A program made the translations under genes and the position numbers. A DNA stretch of 64,000 nucleotides, from contig NC_073407.1 in the NCBI RefSeq assembly GCF_028641065.1, positions 20,522,001 to 20,586,000 on the forward strand, read 5' to 3'. The stretch is from Leucoraja erinacea (taxonomy: Eukaryota). Below, in pieces: positions 63,750 to 64,000 of this stretch (positions within the stretch are counted from its first letter, which is position 1; every line of letters begins with the position of its first letter). The notes under the pieces were generated by a model. The model was not told where the DNA came from, ran no database searches, and saw nothing but the letters and a program-made list of their open reading frames with translations.

Positions 63750-64000
63750 AGCCCCTGTCCCACTTTCACGACCTAATTGGCGACCTCTGCTGAGTTTGCC
63801 CTTGACTCATACTCGCAGCATGGTCACCACGAGGTCGTAGGAGGTCATGGAAGGTCTTCGTAACTCTTCCTCATGGTCGTGGTTGGTCTCCGCGCACTCG
63901 TGGCCTCAAGTAGGTCGCGCCGTTTTTTCCAGCCTGATAAAAAATGTCCATGAGTAAAAAAAAAGTCGGCATGGAAAAATTGGATACTTCTTACTCGTAG
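63750..64000. mobile_element. Harbinger-type non-autonomous element running off the window
   Basis: TAA|AGCCCCTGTCCCACTT TIR variant; ACGACC/GGTCGT internal motifs as in 62218-62570. Confidence 0.7.

Overview
Eukaryotic, repeat-rich vertebrate DNA; the repeat content (HE1-type V-SINEs, HER1/CR1 LINEs, Rex1/Babar, Penelope-like elements) points to a cartilaginous fish, probably a skate or ray (inference). The only recognisable host gene is an intronless IER5L (minus strand, 12433-13284) with a TATA/AP-1/GC/CCAAT promoter and a ~1.6 kb CpG-rich 3' UTR. The remainder is intergenic: young and old CR1, Rex1, RTE, Vingi-like and L2 fragments, SINEs, Penelope termini with minimal hammerhead motifs, three classes of non-autonomous DNA transposon (Tc1/pogo-like, hAT, Harbinger), a 16-bp minisatellite and orphan CpG-rich patches. 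The most unusual item is a tRNA-Gly(GCC) plus short trailer fused to the exact 3' end of a young Rex1 LINE (37547-37685), either a U6/L1-like chimera or a nascent Rex1-mobilised SINE. Also notable are ~190-bp perfect fold-back Penelope derivatives with 14-15 bp TSDs, a Penelope inverted pair enclosing a copy of nearby DNA, and a Forkhead-motif minisatellite. Most ORFs in the track are spurious or TE-derived. Repeat families were assigned by eye and boundaries of old repeats are approximate.
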